A stretch of DNA of 63,779 nucleotides, the filler included, from Octopus bimaculoides (taxonomy: Eukaryota), in assembly GCF_001194135.2 (NCBI RefSeq). It is 3 parts of 2 records of this genome, joined end to end, with 100 filler letters (N's around TTAATTAATTAA, not from the genome) between each part and the next. Parts side by side here need not be neighbours in the genome. Positions count along the whole stretch, not along the records: positions 1 to 29,226 come from NC_068982.1; positions 29,327 to 48,006 come from NC_069005.1; 1 more part is not named here. One strand, written 5' to 3'. Under the pieces are notes generated by a model. That model was not told the origin of the DNA. It did no database searches and saw only the letters and a list, made by a program, of their open reading frames with translations. This document shows, one piece after another, positions 23,751-37,224 of this stretch. Both the position numbers and the translations under genes were made by a program. The number at the start of each line of letters is the position of its first letter. Position 1 is the first letter of the stretch.

Positions 23751-26700
23751 TACATTATGCTTTTCAGACAAAATACATCTCCACGAACTTCATATTTGAT
23801 CGTCAAATTGTCCACTCTCGGTCAGCTTAGAAGTTTCACCTCCCTTCTACTTGAAAATTCTTCACAATTCAAATGAAACACTAACCTCGGTAATCCCCAA
23901 AAGTTATCCAGATAGGCAAATCTAAGGGAGATTTTAAAAGGTCAAAGACACTGCCCTTCTAGTTCACTGTTACAATGGCATATACCAATAAGTAAATGCA
24001 TGCATACATACATGCAAAGCAGATACACTTGTGTATCTCCCAACATTTAATACAACTTTACTGGGCTGATATTTATTGTGTGTCATGCAAAGATAATTTT
24101 TTTTTTCAAGGAAACACGAGTAACAAAAGAAAGAAAAAAAGAAGTCTGAATAATAAACATAAAATCTATAAAAGAAAAATGTGATATTAATCTCTTTTTT
24201 ATCGTATATTTTTATCTCTGATATCTAAGCTAAAAATACGGCGTGCTTTCCGTCTATCAAAAAGCAGAACGACTGCTCCTACTGGCGTTTAGTTGATTCA
24301 AATTATAACAAACTGTTTTACTGAACCTTATATCTCTTGCAAGTGTATGCTGACCTATAACATTCGAACTATAAAGACTGATGTTTGAAAAGTAATAGGG
24401 CTTAACATCTTACGTTCTTCTGTTAGTGTAAGGAAGATAATAAATAATGTTTTATCTTAATCTGTAACTAATACACTCTAGCTAAACACTAATTAACGCA
24501 AGAGAGTTGTTTGTCGGTGTGCAGTGAGATACTAACGTTTCAAGTGGTGCACTTTATCGAGTTAAGTCTACCAATTCTTGCGGTGGTCCTTAATTTATTT
24601 ACACTGATAGTCTAGACACCAGGTGTCCCTTATGTAAGGCACCATTTAAACATTCCATATTTAAATGATAACTTACTTATGTGGGGATGCTGCTGTATGT
24701 TTCCTGATACATAAGCTGAGCATTGACATTAAAAAAAATTACAAGTGTGTCTGAGTGTATGAACAAGTAAATTAGATAAATCCTCCGTTGGTTTCGACGA
24801 CGACTGTTATTCCATTTGTTTTATCAACGGGGCTGCTTACCTATGGAATTATAGTGTAATTGGCTGAATATTCCATAGATACAAGTATCGTAACGTGATT
24901 TTTTAGCATAGTCAGCATGATACAGTGTGTGACAAAATACGGTCCTTTGAATAACAAGAGCAATTTATCAGACGGGCTTCTACACAGTTTCCTTCTCCTA
25001 AATACCACTTACAGAATATTGATCAATCCTAGACATTCAGACAAAGTGTCGTGCAGTAGGACTGAATCCGAATCACCTGTTTCCGAAGCAAATCCACGCA
25101 CATACACTAACATGTTATTCAATTACTTATTCTGTTGTGTAGTCGAAACTATATGTAACCCTGCTCTTACATTACCTTGATTGCATGGTTTAATCTGCAA
25201 TTTGTAAACTAAACTTCAGTGGCTGTAACTGCATATGGTAGACAATGAGGTATATGGAAAATGCTAATAGTAGTTTTTTTAACATCAGCAGGCGTCCGCA
25301 GATTTCTGAAAGAGAGTGGTTGAGTACCCACTCTGCATTTTCGAGACTTGATATTAGATTCCGACATAGTTGACCTCGGTGAGTTTTGAACCCAGAGCAC
25401 TGGCGGATGGAAAGTATATTCTCCAATCCATCACTCTATCGTATACATTATTTTAGTGCCTGGATTTCTACCACTCTATTAGTAAAACTAACACTGTAAT
25501 ATGTATTTGGCGATTCTATATATATATATATATATAGTCGTAAGTACGTTGTTTAAATCTATGAAAGAACTAATGAACAAGAGACACTCCATCGTGATTC
25601 AATTAACTAAAGTATATAGATTACATTAATATGATATGCAGTAAGCTTTATACAACTAAAGGATATATCTTATGCTTCTACATGTCAAACTGTAAGATAT
25701 GAACCTAATAAAAGAAAAAGAAAATAAAAAATACCGAATATAAGAACATTTTCAAAGAAAAATAAAGATGCTGAGATTAGTTTTGTAAAATTTTATTCTG
25801 GTTTTATCCGAGATTGCATGTTGGGGCTAAGCAACTTGCATCATAATTCAGTTGGATTAGTTACTTGTATAACAGACACTTATATTCACTTTTGTAGTAA
25901 TATTTATTTTCTAGTAATAACAATATTATACCAGATAGTTTACATAGATCTACGACTTGGTCATTGATATTCTACTTTGATGTGTGGTGATTATCTATAG
26001 TGATACATTGAAGTAGAGTGTCACTATAAACTCGAGATAAACGACTAGGTCATAGACGTACGACGACGAAAGTCTTTCATATGCAATATTATTTCAAAAT
26101 ATTAATAAAACAGAAATAAAGATAACAATTTATGTGCTTTTTTTAGTCGTTAATATGTCTTTTCCACAAAGTAATTGCTATTCCATATTTTTTTTATAAA
26201 ATGCAACGAAATATCAGATATTACAATATTATTTTTAATCAATATATTATTTTAAAACGAAGTACATTCTAAGAGGATTAATATATTAAAAGGATATTTC
26301 CCCCATTAACTATCAAAGATGACGCATATTGCTAAAGAACATTCTTTGTAAGGTTTCATTCTCGGCAAGATAAAATGCTATATAATCTGATGAAATTATA
26401 ACCACGTTTATATATGAATAGTATTTACATAGATATCATATTGATATGCATGTACATAACACCTTATCAAAAGACATCGGACAAACTTTGCAAGTTAACG
26501 TATTTAATGCTGCGGAGGAAGAAAAAGACCGAGAAGTCGACGTTTCGAACTGTGCCTCTTTCACTAAGTTAGGAAAAGTGAAAAAGGAATAGAATAAAAA
26601 TGGAGAAAAATAGGAAAGAATATGTTTGAGTACCACTATATAATGGCAGTCTGAAAGTATAAGAGTGAATACGTTGTTTTCAGCAAGGAATATGAAAGGC

Positions 26701-27039
26701 AAACGAAAGTAAGTGAGGCAAGAGAGGGTGGGGGGAAAATGGCATCGTGAAGTGAAGTGTATCAGAAGTAATTTTTTAATACACAAATATAAACAGGGAT
26801 AGACACATGCACCGTCCATTAACTCTTTACCTCACTCGACATTCACTCATACATCTTATGCATACGTCATTTCATATCACAATCTGATGTGCTATGTTAC
26901 GCTCGCTTGTCATGCTTACTACTCTTACATTTGACTTTAACCAAAGAACTGTGTTATGGCGAAAGTGGTAATAATAGTAGTAGTATTAAGACAATTATTA
27001 TTGCTGTTGTTGTTGTTATTATTATTATCATCATCACAA

Positions 27040-27040
27040 T

Positions 27041-27114
<74 letters not shown>

Positions 27115-27140
27115 ATAATAATAATAATAATAATAATGAT
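27040..27140. repeat. (TAC)n-(TAA)n compound microsatellite
   Basis: Direct reading; explains the poly-T/poly-L ORFs at 26889-27245. Confidence 0.95.
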
Positions 27141-28269
27141 AATAATTATGATAATTATAAATATTATAATGATAACAATAAAAGTAATGATTTCAAATTT
27201 TGGTACAAGGCCAGCAAGTTTGTGGAAGTGAGTACGTCGATGTAATCGACCCCAATGTTCAAATGGTATTTATTTTNNNNNNNNNNNNNNNNNNNNNNNN
27301 NNNNNNNNNNNNNNNNNNNNNNNNNNNNNNNNNNNNNNNNNNNNNNNNGTGTGTGTGTGTGCGTGCATGTGTGTGTGTGTGTTGGTGTTTTGATGAGGCT
27401 GCCGACGTGCTCAAAGAGATATTTGCAGCTGTGGAGTAATACGAAATATTTGTTGTTTGTAGATGTATTCAGTTTATGATTATCGTTTGTTCTGTTCGAG
27501 CACGTGCACGAAGGTGTATCAATTTATGAATATCTGCGCATATACGTGTGTCGGTTATGTTGATGGCTTTTGTGTGTGCAGTGTTTCTGCAATGTTTAAG
27601 CGACGGATGTTGAGGCTGCGGCAAAGGGAAAAAAGAAAGAGAATAAAGGAAAGAGAAAGACGAAGTGTTTGAGAAAGTTGTAAGAGGAGAAAGAGAGGAA
27701 AATGACTGAAAAAAAAAAAAAAAAGTAAGTGGAGCATAGCTGCCGATCAATAGTGACATTTTATTGACACACTACAGCATACATTCCAAAGATAGGTGCG
27801 TGAAGTACGGAATTCACTTACAATGCGTTCCTCTCTATAAATTAATCTGGCAGAGATCAATAGAAGGAACGGTAAAAATAATCAAAATAGAGACAAGGCA
27901 ATATTGAAATTGTAGAACATCTTTTAAGACGAAAATAATTTTCCTGTTCATCTATTGTTTCTTTCTTATTTTAAAACTGTTAATCTCGCTTTAATTATAC
28001 CATCGAAACGATTAAATAGTGCAATGTTTATTGCTTAGTTACGGCTTACTTTTGATACTTTTAATATATAATTTTATGTCTTGCTTATTGATGATGTTCT
28101 TGTTCTTGTCTTTTTAGTTTTGTTTCTAATCTTTTTTTTTTAATTATTTTTAATGCTGCGTTATTTTATAATTACTCTTCATTTAGGTTACTGATGACAT
28201 ATTCATGTTACTGCCGTTGTCATTGCTATGTGCGTTTATATATGTGTGTGTATTATATACATATACGTA

Positions 28270-28371
<102 letters not shown>

Positions 28372-28384
28372 CGTGTGTCTTTTG

Positions 28385-28580
28385 TCTTCTACTTACTTCG
28401 GACGTTGGATTACAGTTACGCTAGGGCACCGTCTTGAAGGGTTTAGTTGAACAAATCGCCCCCAATTCTTAACTCTTTTTAGCTTCGTACTTATTCTATC
28501 GTCCTCTGTTGTCCATCCGCAAGATTACAGGGACGTAAAGAAACCAACGCCAGTTGTCAGGTGGTGATGGGGGACAATAA
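28385..28580 (-). mobile_element. SINE family A 3' part, old
   Basis: gggcaccgtcttgaagggtttagttgaacaaatcg.cccca...gtacttattctatcg...acagggacgtaaa. Confidence 0.65.
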
Positions 28581-28673
28581 AAAACGCAAAAACACACACT
28601 CATGGATACATGCATACATGTTTCTCTCTCTTTCTCTGCCTGTTTCTTTGTCTCTTTCTCTGTCTCTATCTGC

Positions 28674-28921
28674 GCGGAGGCGCGTGGATTAGTGGTTAGG
28701 GTGTCAGCACCATGATCGTAAGATTGTTGTTTCAATTCCTGGACCGGGCGACGCGTTGTGTTCTTGAGCAAAACACTTCATTTCACGTTGCTCCAGTCAA
28801 CTTAGCTGGCAAAAATGAGTAACGCTGCGATGGGCTGGCGTCCCGTCCAGCTGGGGTACACATACGCCATTGAAACCGGCAAACCGGGCCCATGAGCCTG
28901 GCTAGGCTTTAGAAGGGCGCA
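28674..28921 (+). mobile_element. tRNA-derived SINE family C
   Basis: A-box-like gtggattagtggttagg and B-box-like gtttcaattcct, then ttcttgagcaaaacacttcatttcacgttgctccagtc, resembling conserved SINE central domains. A short match to it occurs near 16647. Confidence 0.7.
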
Positions 28922-29047
28922 AACACTCTATCTTTATCTGTCTCTGTTTCTAGCCCCACTCTCTCTATACATATATGCTTATACATGAATGTTCATCTTC
29001 CGAATAATTTCAATTTTTGTCTCTTTCTCCTTCTCTCTATCTCCCCC

Positions 29048-29113
<66 letters not shown>

Positions 29114-29118
29114 AATCA

Positions 29119-29176
<58 letters not shown>
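29048..29176. repeat. (TCTA)n microsatellite
   Basis: Direct reading. Confidence 0.95.
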
Positions 29177-29178
<2 letters not shown>

Positions 29179-29226
29179 CTCTCTCTCTATATATAATTAA
29201 CATAATATGGTAAAAATTCGATATTA

Positions 29227-29326
29227 NNNNNNNNNNNNNNNNNNNNNNNNNNNNNNNNNNNNNNNNNNNNTTAATTAATTAANNNNNNNNNNNNNNNNNN
29301 NNNNNNNNNNNNNNNNNNNNNNNNNN
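29227..29326. other. Artificial scaffold spacer (44 N + TTAATTAATTAA + 44 N)
   Basis: Exactly 100 bp with a six-frame-stop linker. An identical construct is at 48007-48106. Confidence 0.9.
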
Positions 29327-29463
29327 ATATATATACATGTATACATATTTATATATGTATACATAAATGTATATATATATGTATGTATACATATAATATA
29401 TGTATGTGTATATATATATATATGTATGTGTGTATATATATATAATGTATATATGTATATATA

Positions 29464-29660
29464 TCATCATCATCATCGTTTAACGTCCGCTTTCCATGCT
29501 AGCATGGGTTGGACGATTTGACTGAGGACTGGTGAAACCGGATGGCAACACCAGGCTCCAATCTAATTTGGCAGAGTTTCTACAGCTGGATGCCCTTCCT
29601 AACGCCAACCACTCAGAGAGTGTAGTGGGTGCTTTTACGTGTCACCTGCACGAAAACGAT
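29464..29660 (-). mobile_element. RTE 3'-tail fragment or RTE-related SINE
   Basis: catcatcatcatcgtttaacgtccgctttccatgctagcatgggtt...ggatgcccttcctaacgccaaccact, homologous to the 3' end of the RTE at 34675. (ATG)n tail on the minus strand. Confidence 0.8.
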
Positions 29661-30038
29661 ATATATATATATATATGGTATAAAAATCAGTATAGCCTTT
29701 GTTTTGTATGTTTGTTTATAATTTATAACCACTTTATTGATAATACTGTAATGATTATTATTCAAGAAGAGAGAGAGAGAGAAGAGATATTTATCTCCGT
29801 ATACTGTTTACTAATTCATATATTTATTTATTGAATTTCAATAATAAACTAAAAGTATAAAAAAACAAAACATGAAATCAAACCAAAGACTTTCAAATAA
29901 GAGAGGTACAGAGATAATGATAATAATAATGATAATAAATTATTTTCAAAAATATGTGAAAAAAATTGTCATTTATTTATTTGTCATTACTTGATGACAA
30001 TATGTTTCATTTTTAAAAAAGATGTATGCATCCTTTTG

Positions 30039-30074
<36 letters not shown>

Positions 30075-30356
30075 CACAGTAATCCCTCAACTATCACAGG
30101 TGTTGCATTAAAAAAAAACCTGCAACAGGTGATAATTCACGAAGTAGAAACTTATTGTACTATATGTTTTTTTTTTTATCACTTTTATTGCATATGTTTA
30201 TTTTATTATAAATGCAAAACAATACCATGAATGAATTGACATAAGCTTAAATAATAAATGGCGATATGGTGAAGGATTACTGTGTATATATTGAATAATG
30301 AGTGAGTGAATGTGTGTGTATATGTATAGATATTTACACATGTAATTGTATATATT

Positions 30357-30573
30357 CAAGGGGGTGCTGAAAAGTTCCTGTCTTTGGGTAAAAGAAAATA
30401 CAGGAGGATCAGTTAATTAAGATTTTATTCAACATATTCCCCTCTCAGATTCACACACTTATTTCAGTGGTCTTTCAGTTTTTCTAAGCCCTGTAAAAGA
30501 AGTTGGAAGGTTAAGCCTCCAGCCAGGCCTTTCATGATACCCTTAAAGCCAGGAACTTTTCAGCACCCCTTCA
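30357..30573. mobile_element. Mariner-type MITE
   Basis: TIRs caagggggtgctgaaaagttcctg.cttt / aaagccaggaacttttcagcaccccttca in a TA-rich context. Confidence 0.8.
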
Positions 30574-30582
30574 TATATAAAG

Positions 30583-30636
<54 letters not shown>

Positions 30637-30649
30637 ATGTGTGTGTGTG

Positions 30650-33640
30650 TAGCAACTTCAACGGTCATGTTGGGCAACACACCAATGGATTTTATCGTGT
30701 ACATGGTGGTTTTGGCTTTGGCACTAGAAATGAGGAGGGAACAAGGCTCCTGGAGTTCTGTGATGCAAATGATTTATTGGTTTGCAACACTAACTTCAGG
30801 AAATGAGCCAGCCGTCTAATTACTTATCAACCTGATGGGCACTCTAACAAGAAACGGGAATAGACAGATATTTATAAATGCAAATCCTTTCCCAGTGAGG
30901 AATGTACAACTCAACATAAGTTAGTGGAAAGTGACTTCAGACTTAGAGCTGGATGGACACAGATGCAAGTCAGTCTGGAAAAGAAAGTTATGGAAGATCA
31001 AAGACCCATCAAACAGTCAGAGGTTTAGAGATATTCTGATTAAAGTATTCGATGAGAAAGAGGAGCAGGTTATGATGCATAATGTAGAGGATGCCTGGAA
31101 GTTCTTACAAGACGACCTTCTGAAGGCTGCAGACCAAATCCGTGGCTAAGGCAACGTCCTACTAGATGGAGAGTGACCTGGTGGTGAAACAATGAAGTAG
31201 ATAGAGCCTTACAAATGAAGAGACAGGCTTGGAAAGACTGGAGAGATGGAAGCAGCAAAGATTTGTATTGGGTAGCCAAGAGGAAGCTAGGTGACAGGTG
31301 CATCTAGCAAGGGCAGAAGCAGAAAGGATGAGGTTTGCAAATATCTTACTGCTTGAAGACCAGCATGAAGAGGTTTGCCAATATCATACAGCATGAAGAT
31401 GAGGTGTTGCAGATTGTGAGACAGTTGTGCTGGACAGAATCAAGATGTGAGACAGAATTGTATATGTATGAATAATATGTTTGCACTCAGTAACTCTGAA
31501 AAGAAAGAAGTTTGGAAGTGCCACTGTGAAAGGCGATTAAATGAGGAGAATGAGTGGGAGAGGGGGAATCTCCCCTATGTGAACCCAACAGAGGGATCAG
31601 CTATTCATGTTGACAGCAGTATAATAGATAAGGCAACTAAGGATATGAAGACAGGGAAAGCCCCTGGTCTATCGGGAGTTACTGCTGAGATGCTTAAAAT
31701 GTCTGGCAAAGTAGGATATGGTCTAGTCACCCATATTGTTAGTCAGATTATTCATCAAGGTGTCATCCCCAGTCAACTGCTACAAGGGTAAGGGAGATGC
31801 TTACGATAGAAGTAATTATAGAGGCATCAAGTTGCTGGACCATGTCATGAAAGTTATAGAAAGAGCTATAGCCCAATTAATTAGGAACAGAATCAGATTA
31901 GATGAAATGTTGTTTAACTTTGTGCCAGGGAGAAGCAGCACTGACATTATCTTTATAGTCAGACAACTGCAGGAAAAGTATTTGACTCAGAGTAAACCAT
32001 TGTACTTGGCATTTGTTGACATGGAGAAAACCTTTGAGAGAGTACTCCACTGTATGATATGGTGGACTCTGAGGAATCTAGGGATAGATGAATGGCTTGT
32101 AGAAGCTATACAAGCCACGTGCAGAGGTTTTGTCAGTAAGGTGAAGGTTAACTATGACTATAGTGATGAATTTAGTGTACAGGTAGGCATTCATCAGAGC
32201 TGGGTTCTCAGTCCCCTCCTATTCAGCATCGTCCTCTGGGTTATAACAGAGGAATTCAAAACTGGCTGCCCCTGGGAACTGCTATATACTGACGATCTTG
32301 CTCTTTTAGCAGATTCTGTAACAGAACTAGAAAAGAAATTTCAGGTGTGTAAGCAAAACCTGAAATCAAAGGGCCTTAAGGTTAACTTAGCAAAGACTAA
32401 GGTTCCACTAAGTAAGAAAATGGACAGGACCCTTCCCCCATCAGGTAAATGGCCTTGCTCAATATGTGGGAAAGGTGTAGGCAGAAATTCCATATTATGT
32501 GCCCAGTGCAAGCTATGGACACACAAGAGGAGCAGTGGAATAATAGGAAGATTATCAGAGAAGGCAGTGTTTGTATGTGGAAGATGCACAGGAGCCATAA
32601 AAACTACAGATTCCCAAGAAATCAATTTCCTCAAATGTCCTGGAGGCTCTTTAAAGGTAGAGGATAATTTCTGTTACTTAAGGAACCTAAAAGGCAGTGG
32701 AGGAGGAAGCACAGAAAGTGTAATTGTTAGAATAAGAATAGAATGGAGAATATTTATTGAGCTTTTACTTTTGTTGACGTAGGAGTGGCTGTGTGGTAAG
32801 TAGCTTGCTTACCAACCACATGGTCCCGGGTTCAGTCCCACTGCGTGGCATCTTGGGCAAGTGTCTTCTACTATAGCCTCGGGCCGACCAAAGCCTTGTG
32901 AGTAGATTTGGTAGACGGAAACTGAAAGAAGCCCGTCGTATATATGTATATATATATATGTATGTATGTATGTGTTTGTGTGTCTGTGTTTGTCCCCCCA
33001 ACATCGCTTGACAACCGATGCTGGTGTGTTTATGTCCCCGTAACTTAGCGGTTCGGCAAAAGAGACCGATAGAATAAGTACTAGGCTTCTAAAAGAATAA
33101 GTCCTGAGGTCGATTTGCTCGACTAAAGGCGGTGCTCCAGCATGGCCGCAGTTAAAAGACTGAAACAAGTAAAAGAGTAAAAGAGTAAACTAAAGGTCTT
33201 TCTCTCTCTCTGAGCAAAAGGAAGATTGTATGATGCATGTATACAAACAGCAATTCTACATGGTAGTGAGATTTAGGCTCTGAATGCAGAAGACATGCAT
33301 GGGCTAGAGAAAAATGAAGCTAGTAGGATCCACAGGATGTGCAATGTCAGTGTACATGTATGACAGAGTGTTTGTGTACTGAGAGAAAAGTTGAGTATTG
33401 GAGGAATTAGATGCAGTATGTGAGAGAGAAGACTGCACTGGTTTGGCCACATGAAGACAAATGCATACAGAAGTGCCAGTCACTTAAAGTGGGTAGAACT
33501 CATAGAAGGAGATCCAGGAAGACATGGGACAAAATACTGAAGGCCAATCTCAAAACACTGAGCTGAGATGATGGGGTAGTGAGATGAATGGTGATATGCC
33601 GTGCTTGAAATGACCCGTCCATTTCAGCAGAATTGAGGTT
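30650..33640 (+). mobile_element. RTE-clade LINE, degenerate, 5'-truncated (APE C-half, RT, PHD-like finger), interrupted by a SINE
   Basis: NFNGHVG...NEEGTRLLEFCDANDLLVCNTNFRK (APE); KAPGLSG; YRGIKLLDHVMKVIER; AFVDMEKTF; LLYTDDL; CSIC...CAQCKLWTHKR...CGRC. After the SINE: KGLSL..KGRLYDACIQTAILHGSE. Several stops and frameshifts. Confidence 0.92.
32779..33187 (+). mobile_element. Full-length tRNA-derived SINE family A nested in the RTE
   Basis: Head ggagtggctgtgtggtaag (A-box) ... gggttcagtccc (B-box), internal TA/TG tract, tail gaaacaagtaaaagagtaaaagagta. The RTE frame (LLT|TKGLSL) resumes after it. Confidence 0.92.
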
Positions 33641-33924
33641 CTATCAAGCCTTCCTCAACAATTCATCACCCATTCTTCTATCAATCTTCTGTTGAATTCT
33701 ATTTCCTTCCTTTACACCCTCATCCTCTGCTGAAATGATATTCTCCACGTTCACCTCAATCCCAATTTTTAATCATTTGTTAAACTATTCTCCCTCTAAT
33801 GCACTTGCCTACACATCCACATTTTCTCCTCTATTCTGTCTCTCTCCTTTACCTTGTACCTTGACCTCATATCTCTGTCTCTCACTCTCTCTCTCCCACT
33901 CTCACTCTCACTCTCTAAATAAAT

Positions 33925-34228
33925 CTACCCCAGTACTCATTTTTGTTACTTTTTACCGAAACGCTAAGTTACAGGAATGTAAACATGTGAACACCTGTTG
34001 TCAAGCGGTGGCGAGGGGACAAACAAAGAAAGACACACACACACAAACATATATACTTACCTACACACACACACACAACGAGCCGTTCAGCTTCCGTTTA
34101 CAAAATCCACTGACAAGGTTTTGGTTGGCCCGAGGCTATAGTAGAAGACACTTGCCCAAGATGCTACGCAGTGGGACTGAACCCGGAACCATGTAGTTGG
34201 GAAGCAAGCTTCTTACCACACAGTCACT
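33925..34228 (-). mobile_element. SINE family A, 3'-incomplete
   Basis: cccgaggctatagtagaagacacttgcccaag...gggactgaacccggaaccatg...cttaccacacagtcact. Confidence 0.88.
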
Positions 34229-34674
34229 ACATTTCCCCTTTCTCTCCCTTGCAGAGAATAAGGTGTGATAGAAGGGATATCTCTCTGTGTGTTTCTAGCA
34301 AGTCGAGCGATCCTGTAGAAGCATCCTCATATACCGGCGCATGGATATTACAGTTATTGTAAGGGAAGTAACTCTGCTAATTTTAGTAGTCGATTACAAT
34401 TACTAGTTATTTCCCTTACAACGCAATATTATCTTATCAAATATTACACCTTTACTTCGTTTTTGCATTTGGTTTGCAAGATTATGTGAATTCGTTTGAA
34501 ACAAATTTTTGCTGTGTTTAGGGAGAGTAATTATATTATTTTCGTATTAGATTACACTTGCGTCGCACGTACATATATACACTCGTTTTGTGTGCGTATA
34601 TGTGTATGTTTTTTATACATCATCGTTGCAAACGTTTACGTATACTCGTACATGGTGTGTGTGTGTGTGTGTGA

Positions 34675-35882
34675 TCATTATCATCATCACCATCATCCTT
34701 TAACGTCAGCTTTCCATGCTGGCATGGGTTAGACAGTTTAACTGGAACTGGTAAGCCGGAGAGCTGCACCAGGTACCAGTCTGATTTGGCATGGTTTCTA
34801 TGGCTGGATGCCCTTCCTAACGCCAACCACTCCAAGAGTATAATAAGTGCTTTCTACGTGCCACCAGCACGGGTACCATTTACATGACACTGACAACAGC
34901 CACAACTACGGTTTCACTTGGCTTGATGAGCCTTCTCAAGCACAGCATATCGCCAAGTTCTCGGTCACTTGTCTTCGCTTCGTTGAGGCCCAATATTCGA
35001 AGATCATGTTTCACCACCTCGTCCCATGTCTTCCAGGGTCTACCTCTTCCAAAGGTTCCCTCTATGATTAGTGATCGGCACTTCTTTACACAGCTGTTCT
35101 CGTCCGTACACATCAAATGACCATACCAGCGCATTCGTCTCTCTTGCACACATCTGATGCCTCTTATGCCCAGTTTTTCTCTCAAGACACTTACGCTCAT
35201 GTGGACTGACATTGCACATCCAGTGAAGCATTTCTTTCAAGCCTTCGCATGTCCCCTGTCATCACAGTGCATGTTTCACTGCCATGGAGCATGGCTGTTC
35301 GCACACAGGCAATATACAGTCTACCTTTCATTCTTAGGGGGAGGCCTTTTGTTACCAACAGAGGTAGAAGCTATCTGAACTTTGCCTAGCTTATTCTTAT
35401 TCTAGCAGTTACGCTCTCACGGCATCCACCTCCACTGCTGACTAGGTAACTCCTCTTGGCATTTGATGGCGTCTATTTTCTTTACATTTGTAGTGTTTAT
35501 TGTACCTGTGCATCTGCCACACACAAAAACTATTCTCCTTGTTAAACTTCATTTGATATTGCTGCACCTCTTATGTGTCCATAGCTTGCATCAAGTACAT
35601 CTTATGGAGTTTCTACATATGCCTTTTCTACATATCAAGTAGAGCCATCTACCTGAAGGGATTTGTGACTTATCTGCTTTCCTACTTACTAAGACTTTGA
35701 TAGTACAGCCCTCACCAACCACTCAATAATCCCTAATTTCTACATTGACCACCACATAGAGAGTGGGGGGAACCTATCAAAAGCTTACTCCATGTCAACA
35801 AAAGCCAAGAACAGGAGTTTACTTTTGGTTAGGTACTTCTCCTGCAGCTGCTTTACCAGGAATATAGCGTCATACTTACATA
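34675..35882 (-). mobile_element. RTE-clade LINE, 5'-truncated and internally deleted, with (ATG)n tail
   Basis: Minus strand DAIFLVKQLQEKYLTKSKLLFLAFVDME, CKLWTHKRCSNIK, VLREKLGIRGIRCVQERRMRWYGHLM...GRGRPWKTWDEVVKHDL, then 3' UTR and tgatgatg tail. Confidence 0.9.
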
Positions 35883-35922
35883 AGGGTTTGTATATATTAT
35901 ATGTGTGTCTATACATATATAT

Positions 35923-36065
35923 ATCAAAATAAGCAACAAGGATATCCAGAGGTAATGCAGTGCGATCGCTTCATGCAACTCCATTTAATTGAACAAAGCA
36001 ATCACTACATCAATTTAAAATGCAAAGCAATCCTCAGCTGCACAAAGACATAGAATTTAATTAAA
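35923..36065 (+). mobile_element. Solo arm of the foldback element seen at 48133-48509
   Basis: atcaaaataagcaacaaggatatccagaggtaatgcag...tccatttaattgaaca...gacatagaatttaattaaat matches the reverse complement of 48360-48509. Confidence 0.8.
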
Positions 36066-37224
36066 TAACTTCTTAAACCTATAATATAACCCTTAGTTTA
36101 TATAAAGAAAGATTAGTATAAAATATGAATGTTCTATAACTTAAATATTCCTTTAGCCGATACCGGACGTCAGTCTTTTATTGATATTAGCTAAATATGT
36201 AAATATATAATTTTTAGTCTAATATATTTTGAATTATTATACTTTTGCTATAAATCTTCTCTATTGGTGTTAATAAGCTACATATACTTTACCTTAGTAT
36301 TAGTAATTAGACTATTTTATTCTTTTCCTATGGTTTTCTGCTCTACTTGATTATTTTATTTAATTTCTTTATTTTATAATTAGCCTTTATTTCTTCATAA
36401 AATTAAGCTAATCTTTGTATCTCTATAAATTCATACTTAGTTTATATAAGGCTATACTGGTATATTCATTACTTATAAAAAAATTGCTTAGATTATAATT
36501 TTATTAATATATAATTAGAATGTTCTTTTACCTCAATACTCCTTTATTAATACCAGTATATACCAATTAATCAATATTCACAGATACCATCTGATGAGTT
36601 AGTATTTAAGTGTACAATATGTATAAATATTAAACTATTTCTGGATAATTTCTTTTCCTCCCTCTATCGTGGTAAAAGTTTGGTATATACTCAAAAGTAT
36701 CCATAAATTTCTATCCTTTTGTTAAAATATTCTTCTTAATAACCCTCTGAATAGCCCTAAACTTTAACTGATTACTATATAGCAACATTGTTTAAAACAT
36801 TTAACTATAGTACTACATGATAAGACTTCCCCTGTTTCATTATCAATGGTCTGCTAGTGGGCAACCCTCTTAGTTGTCAGCTAACATCTTGTTTTAAGTT
36901 TTCCTTTACCAAACCTCATGATATTGCTTATCCGGGAAGGCCTTGAAATCAATGTTACCATCTGGGGACTATCTCTGACCCAGTGATAATAAAAATACTC
37001 AAATGAGGTCTGCAACCAAATAACTTTACTCAAAATAACACTTTGCAACTGAATTAGTGGAGGCAAAGACGCCTCTCCTTTACTTGAAGATTTATGCACC
37101 ACATTGCAGAAACCACAATCTAAGCAAACTCTTACACTGTTTTACCATTGAATTACAAATAACGCTCATCTTGTATGCTCGAGTGACTCTACATCTTCCA
37201 AGAGTACAATTGTATTCGTCTTGG

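Noticed and set aside
26889-27245. ORF with signal-peptide-like start and poly-T/N
   Set aside because: Starts at GTG, and the body is a trinucleotide microsatellite.
28674-28745. tRNA gene (also the SINE A heads)
   Set aside because: No complete cloverleaf; the sequence continues into SINE bodies.
29271-29282. TTAATTAATTAA palindrome (also 48051-48062)
   Set aside because: Artificial six-frame-stop linker inside identical 100-bp N spacers. Contiguity across these joins is uncertain.
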